From: Oopsacas minuta
Lineage: Eukaryota; Animalia; Porifera
Direction of reading: 5' to 3'
Length of the DNA stretch: 64,000 bases
Assembly: GCA_024704765.1 (NCBI GenBank)
Contig: JAKMXF010000301.1
Location: forward strand, 217,807-281,806
A program made the position numbers and the translations under genes. Under the pieces are notes generated by a model that worked only from the letters and a program-made list of their open reading frames with translations, searched no databases and was not told where the DNA came from. Position 1 is the stretch's first letter. Every line of letters starts with the position of its first letter. Shown one piece after another: positions 40,168 to 53,374 of this stretch.

Positions 40168-41498
40168 CGAGGGTAGTCCAAAAAGTTTTTAGAATCTATA
40201 TGAAAGAATAGTAGGAAATGGATTATTTTTTTATAGTTTCTCGAAGTAAATACCAGATGACTGTATGCATAAATCCATCCTCCTAAACCAACTTTCAAAA
40301 CAATTTTCCCAGTCTTCTTTGGTTAGGTCTTGGAGAGCCCCATTATAAGCCAGTCTTGCCTCTTCTGCACTATCGAAATGAACCCCTTTGATCTTCTTTT
40401 TCAGTTTAGGGAAAAGAAAGAAGTCACATGGCGCCAAATCTGGGGAATATGCTGGATGGGGTATCAATTGTATACCATTTTCTGCAAAGAAATCCATTGT
40501 TAAAGCTGCCTTGTGTGCACTTGCATTGTCATGGTGCCATTGAAGTGAGGTGAGGTAGGCTTTAGGATGTAAAATGCTCCACTTTTCTATCACCTGAGGC
40601 ATGCAAATGTTGACATACCAACTCGCAGTTACAGTCTTTTGCTCTATAAGGGGAATAGTAGCAACATGTCCTTTTTAGAGATGAAACTGGCGACCATTTG
40701 CTTGTTGCCACTTCGTGCACGTCTCAATTTTTGAGGGGGATCATCATCTGGAAAAAGCCAAACTGAAGATTGTTGCTTCATCTCTGGGTCATATTGGTAA
40801 ATCCAAGTCTCATCTCCCGTAATTAATGTATTCAATAGCTTTGAACGACCATGATCGAATTTTCTGATCATAAATTTGCACCAATCCACTCGAGTTGTCA
40901 TTTGTTCTTCAGAAAGTTTATGTGGAATCCAACGTGCAGCCACTTTCCTCACCAAGAGATGTTCGTGAAGTATGGCATGGAGGCCTCCTCTGCTGATGTC
41001 TAAATAACTCATTATTTTTCGTCAATTATGATTCGACGCTCATTTTTGATTATTTTCTTAACTTTCTGGATATTTTCTGGGTTAACCGCATCTGCAGGAC
41101 GTCCTGATCGCATCTCATCACTTAGAGTCTTTCGTCCACGGTTAAATTCACCGTACCAGTTGTACACTGTAGCCAAAGATGGTGATTTTTCTCCAAATGT
41201 GTCCTGAAGTTGAATATGTGATTCTTTAGGACTGAGTTTTCTCATAAAGTCATAAAAAATCATTGCGCGAAAGTCCCTCCTTTCCAAATGTAAATCCATG
41301 AGGAATAATTAGGTACGAATTTAAAATAAGAGCCAAGTGCTGACTATATAAGTAGCTGTCAAAAAAGTAATAAAAGATAAAAAGCTTAGATATTTTAACT
41401 AGAGTAGTTATAAATAGTATACTATAGATATAAGATGTATTGGTGTGCAAGAAATGAAGTCACAGCATTCATTCTAAAGACTTTTTGGACGACCCTTG
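40168..41498 (-). mobile_element. mariner (DD34D), full length, two frameshifts
   Basis: TIRs CGAGGGTAGTCCAAAAAGT / ACTTTTTGGACGACCCTTG and TA TSD. ITGDETWIYQYDPE, HHDNASAH...YSPDLAPCD (34 spacing). Confidence 0.93.
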
Positions 41499-41561
41499 TA
41501 GTACAAATGTTGAAAATATGATAGTTAAAGTTCGGATGAAGAGAAATCACGAGTAACAAAT

Positions 41562-41640
41562 GAACTTGTTCACCACATATTAGCTGACGAACTTGTTCAC
41601 TACATACTGGCTGATGAACCTGTCCACTATATAATAGCCC
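41562..41640. repeat. 27-bp minisatellite x3
   Basis: GAACTTGTTCACCACATATTAGCTGAC / GAACTTGTTCACTACATACTGGCTGAT / GAACCTGTCCACTATATAATAGCCC. Confidence 0.85.
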
Positions 41641-43140
41641 GCTGTCAGGGGCGTGAAATATGGAGCCACTATTTCCTAAAAGAATATGGATTCACCAAAG
41701 TAAAGCGGTACAGGGAATCCCTTGTACTACTAATCCGGTACGAGCGTGGCTCGCTCCTACAATTGTACAATAGGGTGTACTGATCCAAAAATGCGAAATT
41801 GTAATGCTCTTAAACGTGAACAGGGGGTAGTAGAGGCAAGGCAAGCGACATCTTTAGGGAAGATAGGCCAAAGAAGTGTGAGAAGAATACGGCGAGAGAA
41901 GATGCACTAATAGTCTGGTATTCAGTTAAGTACATCGAATTAATCAGAATGTTACTGGAGTTACGTTTGAGATGTGGTTAAATAAGTTTTAAGTTTCTCC
42001 TCATTTTTGATTAGTAGACTAGTAGTTATAAATATCTTTTCTAAGGCCTACTTACAAATTGCTTTTTGGATCTTATAAACTTGCTTGATCACATGTTAAT
42101 GAGATCAAATAAGTACCATGTACAATATGTTGCATTTGCAATATCTCGTTTCTAGTGTGCTTTTCGAGAAGTGTCCGTGTAACATGTAACGAAGTGTACA
42201 TGTAAGGATGTGGCTTGTAAATAAATGTCAGAGTACCACAATGTCTGTATCCCGAATAATCCTCCTCATTACCCGGTGTATGTATTAATTATTGTCTCTT
42301 ACATTTCAGTTTGCTGCATTTTGAGAGTAAGTAAAATGAACTAATGGTGAGTGAACAATTGGGAACTTCAAGGTCAATAAAGTGTGAGAACATAATATAA
42401 GCAAGAAGGACTGAAGGGCCGCATAGAGAACGCGGGGTAGCGTGTTCGAAATCCATGCTATATAATATATATGATATCAAGGTTCGGTATTATTGAGCAT
42501 AAACGATAGAATTTTGGACAGAATTCAAGCAACCATGACAACGAATAGTTAATAATGTATTAACATACTTAGCGTATAAGCTGGGCCACTGTACAACTAA
42601 CTAATGTTATTTTAGTAAATATACTGATGATATCATCAAGTTTCACAAATGTGTTGTGATTAATCACAAATTACACATATAAAAAATTTTCAGATCGAAG
42701 ACGGAATCACCAAAAACTGATATGTTGGTAAAAAATGGTAAAGTTTGAAACGCTATAAGACGAAGAGATAGAGCATTGATAGCAAATTGCATTTAGGAAA
42801 GATTTGAGATATATTCTATACAATATTATCAGAGTATGGACAGTTGAGTATGTTTATAAACTACCTAACTTGATTTACCAAAATTGCAACGATTACCGAG
42901 TTTAAAATGAATAACAAGTACAGTCCATGGCATCAGTTGTAATTCTAGAACTGCAACTTTATCGTGAAATCAAAGATCAACATTTCCGCCTCATAGCGAT
43001 TTAATTCTAATTTGTACACATATCAACTTCTTAGGTGATCACACGTCTTTTCGATGGTACTTGCGAGTCCCTAAACCATTTTATAGTTACATAATAAAAA
43101 CCATTGAGAGTTCACGCCAACAATGACATTCAGGATCATA

Positions 43141-44042
43141 CACTAACCTAACAAAAGTGATTACACACCACCTAATTTACATGTAAATGAGTGAAATACG
43201 ATGAATAATATACATGAATATGATTAATATACTGAATCAACTATCTTACTTTGATATATAAATTGTCCTTCGTAAATAAAGAAAATTTTTCTAATAGATA
43301 CTACAACCACATCTTGGTCATTAATAGATAATGAGCCAATTAAAGATTCAATTGTAGATTGCATAGAATGCAAGTGAGATTAAGCAATTCAGATTGCATG
43401 TTTTAATTATACGTATAAGTATTACCACAGTATAAATATTTAGAATTGTTTGGAGCAAATTCTCCTGACCTATTTCTATATTATACCTGTGCAACATGAG
43501 ACAGAAGTGGCACAAATCAGATATATGTGAGCCACTTTGTATTTGAATAATTAATGTGGCACTAATCGACTTTATCTCAGATATACAGATTATTGCAAGT
43601 CAGTTTTGAGAATCTCAAATGATTTTCATATAGTATTCCATTGTGGTGCCAATATTATAGTAAGTGCCATTTTGCCACTGGTGGCACGAATATGAAAGTA
43701 CAAACAAAATTCACGAGATTTGCTCTACACTATTCGAAATTGTCATTCTGGGCTAATAAAGACCCGTAAAATTCAAATATGATATCAGAATTGTTCCAGC
43801 TGATTTAAAATGTATCCAATTAAGAAATGAATGACAACTTAGCTGATTATCGATTAAATGAGCAAAGCGTAGCGAGAAAATATCTTAATCTAAAAGTATT
43901 TATCAAGTTTGTCAAGACATTGCTAACAAACTTAGTCAAATATCTTTCAGGTATCTTATTGTATGTATATTGTATCTCTGTATTTCCAGGATTACAATTG
44001 TTTATGTATTTAGTTGTGTGCAGATACATTTGTTCGGTTGTG
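43141..44042. mobile_element. Long palindromic element copy D (uninterrupted, ~900 bp)
   Basis: ta|CACTAACCTAACAAAAG ... CATTTGTTCGGTTGTG. Reverse arm 43141-43480, forward arm 43690-44042, central GTGGCAC cluster. Confidence 0.8.
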
Positions 44043-45359
44043 CATGTGGAAGGATAACAAACTTCCTATTAACTTGTTATGAAACTTTAGAAAATTGTAG
44101 GTTACAAATAACAAATAAAATTGAGTACAAAAAGAATATTTGATACTAGACATGTTTCAAAAATTAACCTTAAATAGAAAATCTTATGATTTCCTAGAAG
44201 GGCTATAAATATAATGTATCTTCACCAATTTTTGATAAAGAGGAAAAAAATTTCGATCAACAAAAACATGTTAATATTCATTACCACACTAACCAATATC
44301 CGATTAGCAAAAATTTAATGTAATAATCAAAAAATTGAAGTAGGGTCGAAACAGGGCTTGTTCCTACATTAGATATGCTTTCTTATCGATTTGTTCTTAC
44401 GTATCTCCGTGTAAAAGTAATAGAAAGAAAATCCGGTTATTACAGTATCTAATGTATTATAAATCAATAATAATTCCCCTTAAAAGTATACTGCGTATTG
44501 TGTAGCATATGTACGAAGGCCATTAAGAAGAACTTATTCAGTTCCAAATGATCCATATGAGCTGGGTGAACAGTCATGAGGGAGGTCGGTTCATTATTCC
44601 CTGTTATGAAGTATTAACGGGAAAATTCGTTCGTTTATAAAAGATATGAAATGAATAGTCAAATTTGAAATCAGAGTATGCAAGACGAAGACAAATCATC
44701 GATAAATTAGCTAGTTCTACATTCTGTAGCTGAATTAGATTGGGCACAGTGTGCCAAAATCGCTACATTGGCGTTTTAGGGTAACCATTAACAACTAGGC
44801 ATGTTTTATGCCGTTTATCAAGTAAATCGACACCACAAATTTCTAATTATTCATTTAAATTCACCTAGAATCACTACTATTGGGAATATGATAATTGGAA
44901 CATCGGATCCGTCAATCGAGATTTCATATCACGATTAAACGAATATGAAATATTATTATTGTATACTTTGCTCACTAGCTTCCGGTCCCATTGCTTATTC
45001 CACCATGTATTAATTACCTCAATAATCCAGATTGTTGTTTATCATAACGTTTTGCATGGTCCTATGGAGTACGGATATTTGAGGTTGCAGGGTTAAGTAC
45101 GTGCATTATTGTATAAACTTCAATAGCTTAAATTCTACCTATATACCATAACGCATTTTTATGCCATTTGAAGCCGGAATATACCCTTACTACAACTCAT
45201 AGTGGCATGCAATGGCGAACTAGGAAGTAAGTGTTGGGGTACCAGATAACATAATAAACTACAACGGCTTCAAAAGTTCCCGACCCTATCCATATTTTTG
45301 TATCTATACAGAATATACATGTACAATTCATATATTATCCCGAAATAATCACTATTAAC

Positions 45360-45720
45360 GTCTATGACTCGTCAAGACGAGAGAGAGCTATGTAAAAATC
45401 CAATTTTTATAGTCTCCAGGCGGGATTTCTTTTAGGGATCTCAACATGGCGTTCTCTAGGTCGATTCTGTTATCAAAATGCCTGCCTGCAAGGTCCTTTT
45501 TCAAATTTGCAAAGAGCCAGAAATCACAAGGAGCAAGGCCAGGTGAGTAGGGTGGTGATCTAGCTCAACAACTCTCATTCTATCAAACTCTGACTTTACG
45601 AACTTAGTTTTATGTGGCCATCCCTATCATGAAATAATCGCATGCCTCGCGATCCAGACTTTGGCCTCCACCCCAGTAATATTTTCTACTTCTGAGGGGC
45701 CATGTGTGTCCCGATTAATC
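45360..45720 (-). mobile_element. mariner relic (catalytic end)
   Basis: Reverse complement reads HPTHLALLLVISGSLQI*KRTLQAGI (decayed PHPPYSPDLAPCDF) and GMRLFHDR-like fragments. Confidence 0.55.
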
Positions 45721-48639
45721 GATTATGATATAGATAGAAATTAGTGTCTTAGAGACTCATTACCAGAAATATCATATTACACTACTATTAAATCCTGATA
45801 TATATATATATAGGATCTAGTATAGATAAATCGTTGCAGAGTGACACACTCCCTGGAAATTGATCAAAATTTCAATCCGATAGTTAGTAACCATGTAATG
45901 TTCAATGAAAAGAGAAATATCCAATTACATAAATTTCTAAAAATTGTAATTATTCAGCTTTTGTTAGGAACAATTGGAATATATATATACATTGACATTA
46001 TCTTGCGCAGATATTATTCTTGAAAACCGCAGATATTCATTTATATCAATGAACTTAAATTCCAGTATTTAAGCAATTAATAAACTCTAAAGACTTCATT
46101 CGATTGCATGTTCGACTACTTTCTTATTACAGTGATTATATAAGCGGAGTTTTATAATAAATCCTTAAAATAGATCAAATATTTTGTAAAATTTTTCTGT
46201 TAGAAATTCTGTCGTCACTCAGCTTCGAATTCTCAAAACTTCATCTGTCGCGTTGTCACAAATTCTCTCCTAAGTTTTATAATATGGCATTTATAATTCT
46301 CCATAAAATACAGCAATAATCAGGTTTTTGAAAATTTGTGCCAGTATTATTTCAATTACTTGAACTTTTGAACATAATAATATTTGAAAAATTCTCAAAA
46401 TTTTAAAAATATTATTGTTGCTCTGCGATATGATGAAAACGTAAGGTTTTTAACAATTTTATGCTTATGCTTACAAAATTCAGCTCGTAATTAATAGAAA
46501 TATATTCTCACCAAGTATTTTTAGCAAGATTCTATTAAAAAATCAACACTCGAAGAGAATATTAGGCCAACTTTCCTAAATTCTTAGATTTCAGAAAATT
46601 ATTTATATGGTTATAAAACAAACATGCATATATATAATCGTACTTGTCACCCTGTATATAAGAGATTGTTAATTAATAATATATTATTCATCTAGAAAAT
46701 GAACAACCTTCAAGCTTTTCAGTTTAATTGTGAGCATAAATTACTTAGCACTGGCTCAATCGCAGAGCAATGTATTTCGGGCCATGGTTTTGATCGAGAA
46801 CAGTTAAATTTTTTTCGTTTGAATTTCAATCATAATCTGAAAGAGAGAGCCTTTAACATAAGCATTAAGACTTTGAAACTTGGGATTCCATGTACTTCTG
46901 TCCCCTGCTAATGAGGCCCAGAGTAAGTGACTCCTCTTCATTAGCCTTTAACTTTGGAGAAGACTTCAATCTTTCAAAAAAGAAATCGCTCGTTGATTTA
47001 AGTCTCATCTTGAATTAGTTGCTGAGCATGTATTTCCGAAGACTCTTGCAATATTTCTCTTACTACTTTGTTGCAATGAGGAGCAGGACATGAATAATGT
47101 CATTGTTTGTAAAGATACTCGTGAAAGTAAACTCCTCTCCTATCTATCCACAATTATCACTTGATAAATCTGCCTTTCGTTTCGATTCGCTTGAGATGAT
47201 AAAGCTAAGTAATTAGAACCATCTCTAACAAACAAAACGAGCGAATGAGAGACAACTCAACACCAACTAGTTCTAAACCATTACACGAGCAACCAACAGA
47301 TATCTCAATAACACCACACACATCTTCCACCTAACAAGCAACCAAGACGCCTACAAGGGGAAGATATCTCTCAAACCTTCCTGATACCTGCGCCCTCTAC
47401 AAAATTCTAAACAGCGATGAGTACCTCTACTTAGAAGATCCAATTCCCAACAAGCTAACCTTCCTACAGAAGCTAGCGATATCACAAGCTATTGATAATT
47501 CAATAAGTTGTGTACAACATTCTATTCCAACTTTCTACATACGGTTGCTTGCAGCAGCAACATTAGAACAATCAGAACAAACATACAATACGAAATACAG
47601 TATATAACAAAAGCCAAGAACAATTTAGAACATAAAAATCGTAAACAAACCAATACACAGCATATGGACTGAACATACTGTTGGAGAATAGAAAAACCTT
47701 ACAATACAACTACTTACCACTACTAAACCTACATGAATTCCCGTCCCATGTCTCAGAACTATCATACAGGCTCTACGCTTGGATTCAAATACAATAGGCC
47801 GCAACTTCCTTACAACCTAATCCAAACCAAATTTCAACAGCGGACTATTTTGACCTCCAGACAGAAAACAGGACCAAAGGTACAAAGCTATGCAGCAGCG
47901 ACAAAAGAAATATTACAAATAGCTGCAAACCATAGAAGATTCTAAACTTGCGACTTATTGTCACAACGAAATATCCGTGTACAAAATGTCTTACTACTGC
48001 TACCATTCTAGCAACAACTGACAAAAAATATACGGACAAATAAACAATAGGACCTCGCTTCAAATATCTGGAAGAAAACTCAAAGACGCTATCTCTTGCC
48101 CTAAGGTAACATTTCTTGGATACATTCAACTCTATACACAGGATCATCCCAACCATCAGGAAATTAAGAGATGCCCACTCGCCATCCATCCAGAGAAGTG
48201 CTCTAAGTTCTACAAGGTAGCACCAAACAAGGCTCCACAAACTCAACAGACAAACATATAGCGTACATTACTATTAGGAGATCTCAAGTTACCAGGGTAC
48301 AATCATGTAGCAAAATTTTGGACTCAAACTCATTTACTTGATGATGTGCGTGTAATTGATAGAAAATTTCCATATGGAGTAGGGATTTGCTACACAAGAC
48401 TATTCACTCAAACAGTTGAACGAATTGTTCTAACTCAAGTCATGATAACGGGAAAGCTGAATCTGTCTTACGCATTAGTTCAGAATCTGTCCGACGGTTA
48501 TTCTGAGTTCTTGCGAACTAAGGTTGATTTTCGTTTTTTTAATCACTTACAAGTAACTCTACTGGATCTTTATTCTTATTAGTTTAGCACTCTATTTGGA
48601 AATGTTGATTTATGTATCTTTATCACTTATTATACAGTA

Positions 48640-48808
48640 CAGTGGAGTCCCACAAAAACTGACACATTAGAGATTAGATTTTGTCCTTTATAGGTTAGAT
48701 GTCCGCTTTTCAGAGATTGGTTAAGTATTGTTTCAATGTAGTATAACTTATTTCTTTCCACTAGCTTGTCCGTTGTAGAGGTGTCATCCGTTTTGGGAGA
48801 CTCCACTG
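48640..48808. mobile_element. pogo-type MITE, 169 bp
   Basis: ta|CAGTGGAGTCCCACAAAAACTGACAC ... GTGTCATCCGTTTTGGGAGACTCCACTG|ta. Confidence 0.85.
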
Positions 48809-49579
48809 TATAGTGTATTTGTACAGTTTGTAGAAGTATGGTGGAGTTTTACTGCTAGTAGTTCATTCCATCTCCATTTATGGGAATCGTGTATTTGTAT
48901 TAATTATTATTTCAGTATAGTGTGTTTTTCATTCTGATTAGTTTCTTTCATTAACATTAGCGGAGAAGATGAGCATTTGAGTAGACTATTTGGATAACAG
49001 GTCTGGTGTTTGTTGGATAATAGCTGAAAATCTCCGTTGCAAAAGGAAGGATCTGTGGATGTAGTTCACTACTTTATGGGCCTGGGAGCTGTATTTTGTC
49101 TAGTTAGGAACTGAGATGCGGGACGAACATGCGGGATTTTAGCTGCATTTTGTTTTTGAATGGAGTTTGTTTCTGTTCAAGGGCGAGCGCTTGATAGTAT
49201 CTTCAGAGGGGCCTAAGGGCCTCCCCCTCAGGAGACGAAGGGTCTGGGAGCCGCCACATAATGGCATTTAGCTGGGCGGCAGCCCCCTTTGGGCAAGAAA
49301 ATATAGCAGTTCTTCTACGTTGTTAGTAGTAGCTGTGGTTGCTATACTAGCAGTAAGTGTCTAATGATCAAGGCGGAATTCAGCTGAAGTTCCTTTAGGC
49401 GCACGGAAATGCAGCTGGGATTCGCTAAATGGACGGATCGTTATACAGATACTGAACTCATGGCATAGGACACATTCTGAACTTCAAATACTCGTAGGAC
49501 TGATATCGAAATCAGGTATGGGCAGATTCTGAACTTTAATTAATCGTAAGACAGATTCCGAACTCAGTTAGTGTGGTGG

Positions 49580-50200
49580 TACTCAAAAATGGTCACCAAC
49601 TTCACCAATAATTGTTGGGGCCAAGAAATCTATTACTAGCCTAATTGAAGAAGACTTCATATATCTTGACACACTAACAGTCCATGACGGAACCATGACA
49701 ACCTGAAATGTTGTTCGTAGATGCTTCACATGTAGGGCTGATACTGTGTAAGATTGTCTCTATTGGATATTGACGGTTGTTCCTCAAGAGATACATCAAG
49801 TTGTCACAACAATCTTTAATAATTTGAATCCTATCCTGAGATCGTGTAATAGCAACAGTAAAAGGGGACACTGAAGGCCTTGATAATATGCCGAGAGACT
49901 TACGAATCCATTTTAATCATTTTTCATGGGTACCATGTAACCCCTACATTACACGAAATTCTAGCCCATGCATCACAATAATTGCAGAGTATAATGAAGG
50001 GTTGGGCTTAGAAGCTTTGTCTGAAGAAGGCCTTGAATATTGCAATGAATTGTTCAGGTGATACCGTGAGAGACTCTCAAGAAAAACTAGCTTGAGGACA
50101 ATGACAAAGATGTGTTCATCAGGCTTATCTCTCAAAGTGATCCAATTCTAGCATCATTTCGTAATATTACCAAAAATGAAACAGAGAAAGATCTATCTGA
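49580..50200 (+). pseudogene. Transib/RAG1-core-like transposase C-terminal relic; not in the ORF track on this strand
   Basis: Frameshifted WVPCNPTLHEILAHA...EGLGLEALSEEGLEYCNELFR*YRERLSRKTS...IRLISQSDP (Zn-binding HxxxxH, catalytic Glu motif and terminal SDP). Confidence 0.75.
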
Positions 50201-50779
50201 CTTAAAGAGCTGTCAAGACGTTCTAGTTAGTAGTTCAATGAACAGTAGGAATTTCAACAAGAAATGTGGTTTCAGTAGTTGATAAAAATGTACCTTAAAT
50301 TAGTGTTAATAATGTTAAACCATAAACATTCAATTTCTGAATATATAACTCACAAATTGGCTTAAGTAGAACTCGATAAAAAATGAAATATTCTGAATGT
50401 GACAATGACATCATTACTTTCCACACCCAAAGGGTTAGATAAATATAGTTACGTCAATCGATCCCTTGGGTACGATTCCCCAGATGTCACTAACATAGAA
50501 CGGGCGCTCAAAAAGCTCCCGACTTGATAGTAGAATTTTAAGATATAAGATATTATATCACGTATCTGTCTCATAATGAACCTCATTCCATCACCTATTC
50601 AGAATTTCATTAACTTCCGCCATATCGTCAATAGCTTTCCAGGTACGATTATGTCAAATTTCTCAGTTTTGACTACCCTTGTATTTTCCAGTGTTTATGG
50701 ATTCAAATTGAAAATTTGAGCGGAGTTCCTACATCAAAATTCGCACGCTTCTTCGTATTGGCCCGAAGGATATTCATTT

Positions 50780-51280
50780 TTTTTTTTTGAACTGGAAGTC
50801 GTTCAAAGAGATGCTAGCTTTTCATATACTACTGTGAAGGAGTAGCCCAAACGGTTTTGTGAAGGACGAGGGTCACTGGAAGATTAGGAACGAATCGGGC
50901 GTCCCAGATCCGCTGTCACTAGCAATAACACCTCTGGTATCGATGGACAGTGGAAGATGATCCTCATATCGCTGTTGACAAGTTAGCTATGAGTGTAGGG
51001 ATCTCAATGGGAGCTGTTTATTACTTATCGATGAGCTGAAAGTTAGCAAAATATGTTCGAGGTGGAAACTGCATTCCCTTACAAAGGACCAAAAGGACTG
51101 TCAGGTAATTTGTGCAAGAAAAATGCTCTCCGAGTATAAAGACTCGGGTCCAAGAAGGCTGGCAGAATCATTACTAGTGACGGGGCTTTGAGAAGATACA
51201 ACGAGCCACTATCAAAGAAAGAAATAAGGTATGAGTCGTAAAAGTTGAGGGCCTCCACTCAATCCAAGGCCTGACTTGGA
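50780..51280 (+). mobile_element. mariner relic (N-terminal half)
   Basis: EGRGSLED*ERIGRP...KICSRWKLHSLTKDQK-like fragments. Confidence 0.55.
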
Positions 51281-53374
51281 AATTTCGGATCATACCATTC
51301 CCAAATCTTTCAATTAAGATTTGCTAGCATAACTAATATGGCTATGGACGCCACCGGCTCCACTTAATAGCCCTGACATCTTACCATCTATATGGTATGG
51401 TGAAAAGTCAAGTAAAATAAACATTTGAAATGGAATACATTCCAATACAATTCAACCCACTTAGGGTTAATCATCCGTTCCAATAGAATTACGCATGCTC
51501 TCGATTTTTCTTTTGAACCATTATCACAATTTGACGTACACAAAGAGTGAAAAGGGGAATTAATTTGACGAAAATCTAATGGAAGATAAGCCATGGAGTG
51601 GTAGAACTTTTAACTTAAAGAGATCTTTTGGTGTTAAATTTGGTATGCCATCAACTGACAATATATTTTAGAGGTCCTGAGCCTTTCAAAATTCTAAACC
51701 ATTTAATATCTTTCAAAGTCAACAGATACCAAAGGTTATCAAATACATTTTTAATCTGAAGAATAATAGGTAGTGGCAATTTATTTCTTTTACGATATTC
51801 AGAGATTGTATTGTAGGGAGAGAATATAATGTTTTATAACACACAGAGCCTAAAAATGTTTTCTTCAGAGCACTTGAGTCATAAAGAGAATGAAAATGAA
51901 ACACTTCCCAAGTATATAGGCCATTTTGTTTACCTTACAAACTATTGTAAGATATTAGCTGGTAAACTCTCTTCAGACAAAGTGTATTCAATTTCATGGA
52001 TTTGATAACTTATTAATAATTCTCAGTTGCTTCCATAATTGACGAATGCGAATTCAAGACAACAAAAACATCTATATTTTCTATTCTAACCGAATCATGT
52101 CTATTAATGGAGTATAAGAATACATATTGCAGTATTAGAAACTGTATACAAACATACATGTCAGGAATTTATGGGAGTTGCCAGGGGTTGAGGTGGAATT
52201 AGCTATAAAATATAGTATTCTATGCGGAGTATAAACAATCTTAAATCATATTCCGACATGTGCCCATTATGAGTATCCTGACCATAAATTTAAGTGCCTA
52301 AAACGTCCTACCCCGTTTTTTTGGATATGAAAATTTGATTATTGAGAGAGAAGTTCTCTTTTTCCCGAATAGTGTTAGCATGAGAAATACAATTGGTAGT
52401 TTATACAGATTTACAAATAAATATTGAAGAATTTGGCTTATAAAACACAACCTGAGCATAGGGACCGAAACTTGAGAGGCCCTTCTGTTTGGCAATAACA
52501 ACATAGAACTAATATTAAAACATTATGTGAGCGCCAAGGATCGTTCAAATAGTTGCAAAGTTAGACACCCCAGCCGCTATGATTCATATCAGGTAAAATT
52601 ACCCTGGTGGAGGACCTATCCGCTACTATATACCAAATATATGAACTCAAAGTTTGCACTGACACAATGAATGAATTGGTGAAAGACTTGAGAGAAAAGG
52701 AACATTTATAGGGCCCAGAAGATGTTAAATTAGTGATATTCATGAAAATTGTTGGGTTTAGCTTTTAGTTCTCCATTTTGGGAGATAATTTGGCATTATC
52801 ATATTTATGTAACATCATTCGATTTGAAATATGGAGTTATCCGCTGCTTGGAGACTGCTTAAGTATATATGTATGCGAAATTCACTCCGTTCCCTGGGGT
52901 CTTTCAGTTATAGAGGGATTGTTCGCCTTTTGGAAAGTCAGTTTGGGCGATTCCACTGTATCATACTAAATTTGTACATATTATTCAACTGCAATTGTAG
53001 TTATATAACAAGAATTAATTACACCTTAATATACAGTATATGCCAGATATAAGAACCCTAGCTAGATTCACCACATCTTTATACTGGATTCGATTGAATT
53101 TTGCCGGATAAAGAATACCAGTTGGGGACAAATTAGATTCTCATATATTTATGTATAACTTATGGCTAATACGAATACACTGGTTATGAGAATTATGTTG
53201 CTTTCTCTAAATGTGTTTTCATATGCGATATCCTCCTTTTTCGATCTGCAGGTTATAAAAACACATGCTTTAAGAATATGATCTAATTCCCGACGATGTT
53301 CATATAACCAGAATCCACTGTATTATGTATACAGTAAAGTTATTGAAATTCACCGTATTTCATATGTGCATCTA

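Noticed and set aside
23353-41640. Short direct repeats (33-bp x2, 27-bp x3) as a possible CRISPR array
   Set aside because: Head-to-tail with no unique spacers, no cas genes, and a eukaryotic intronic context.
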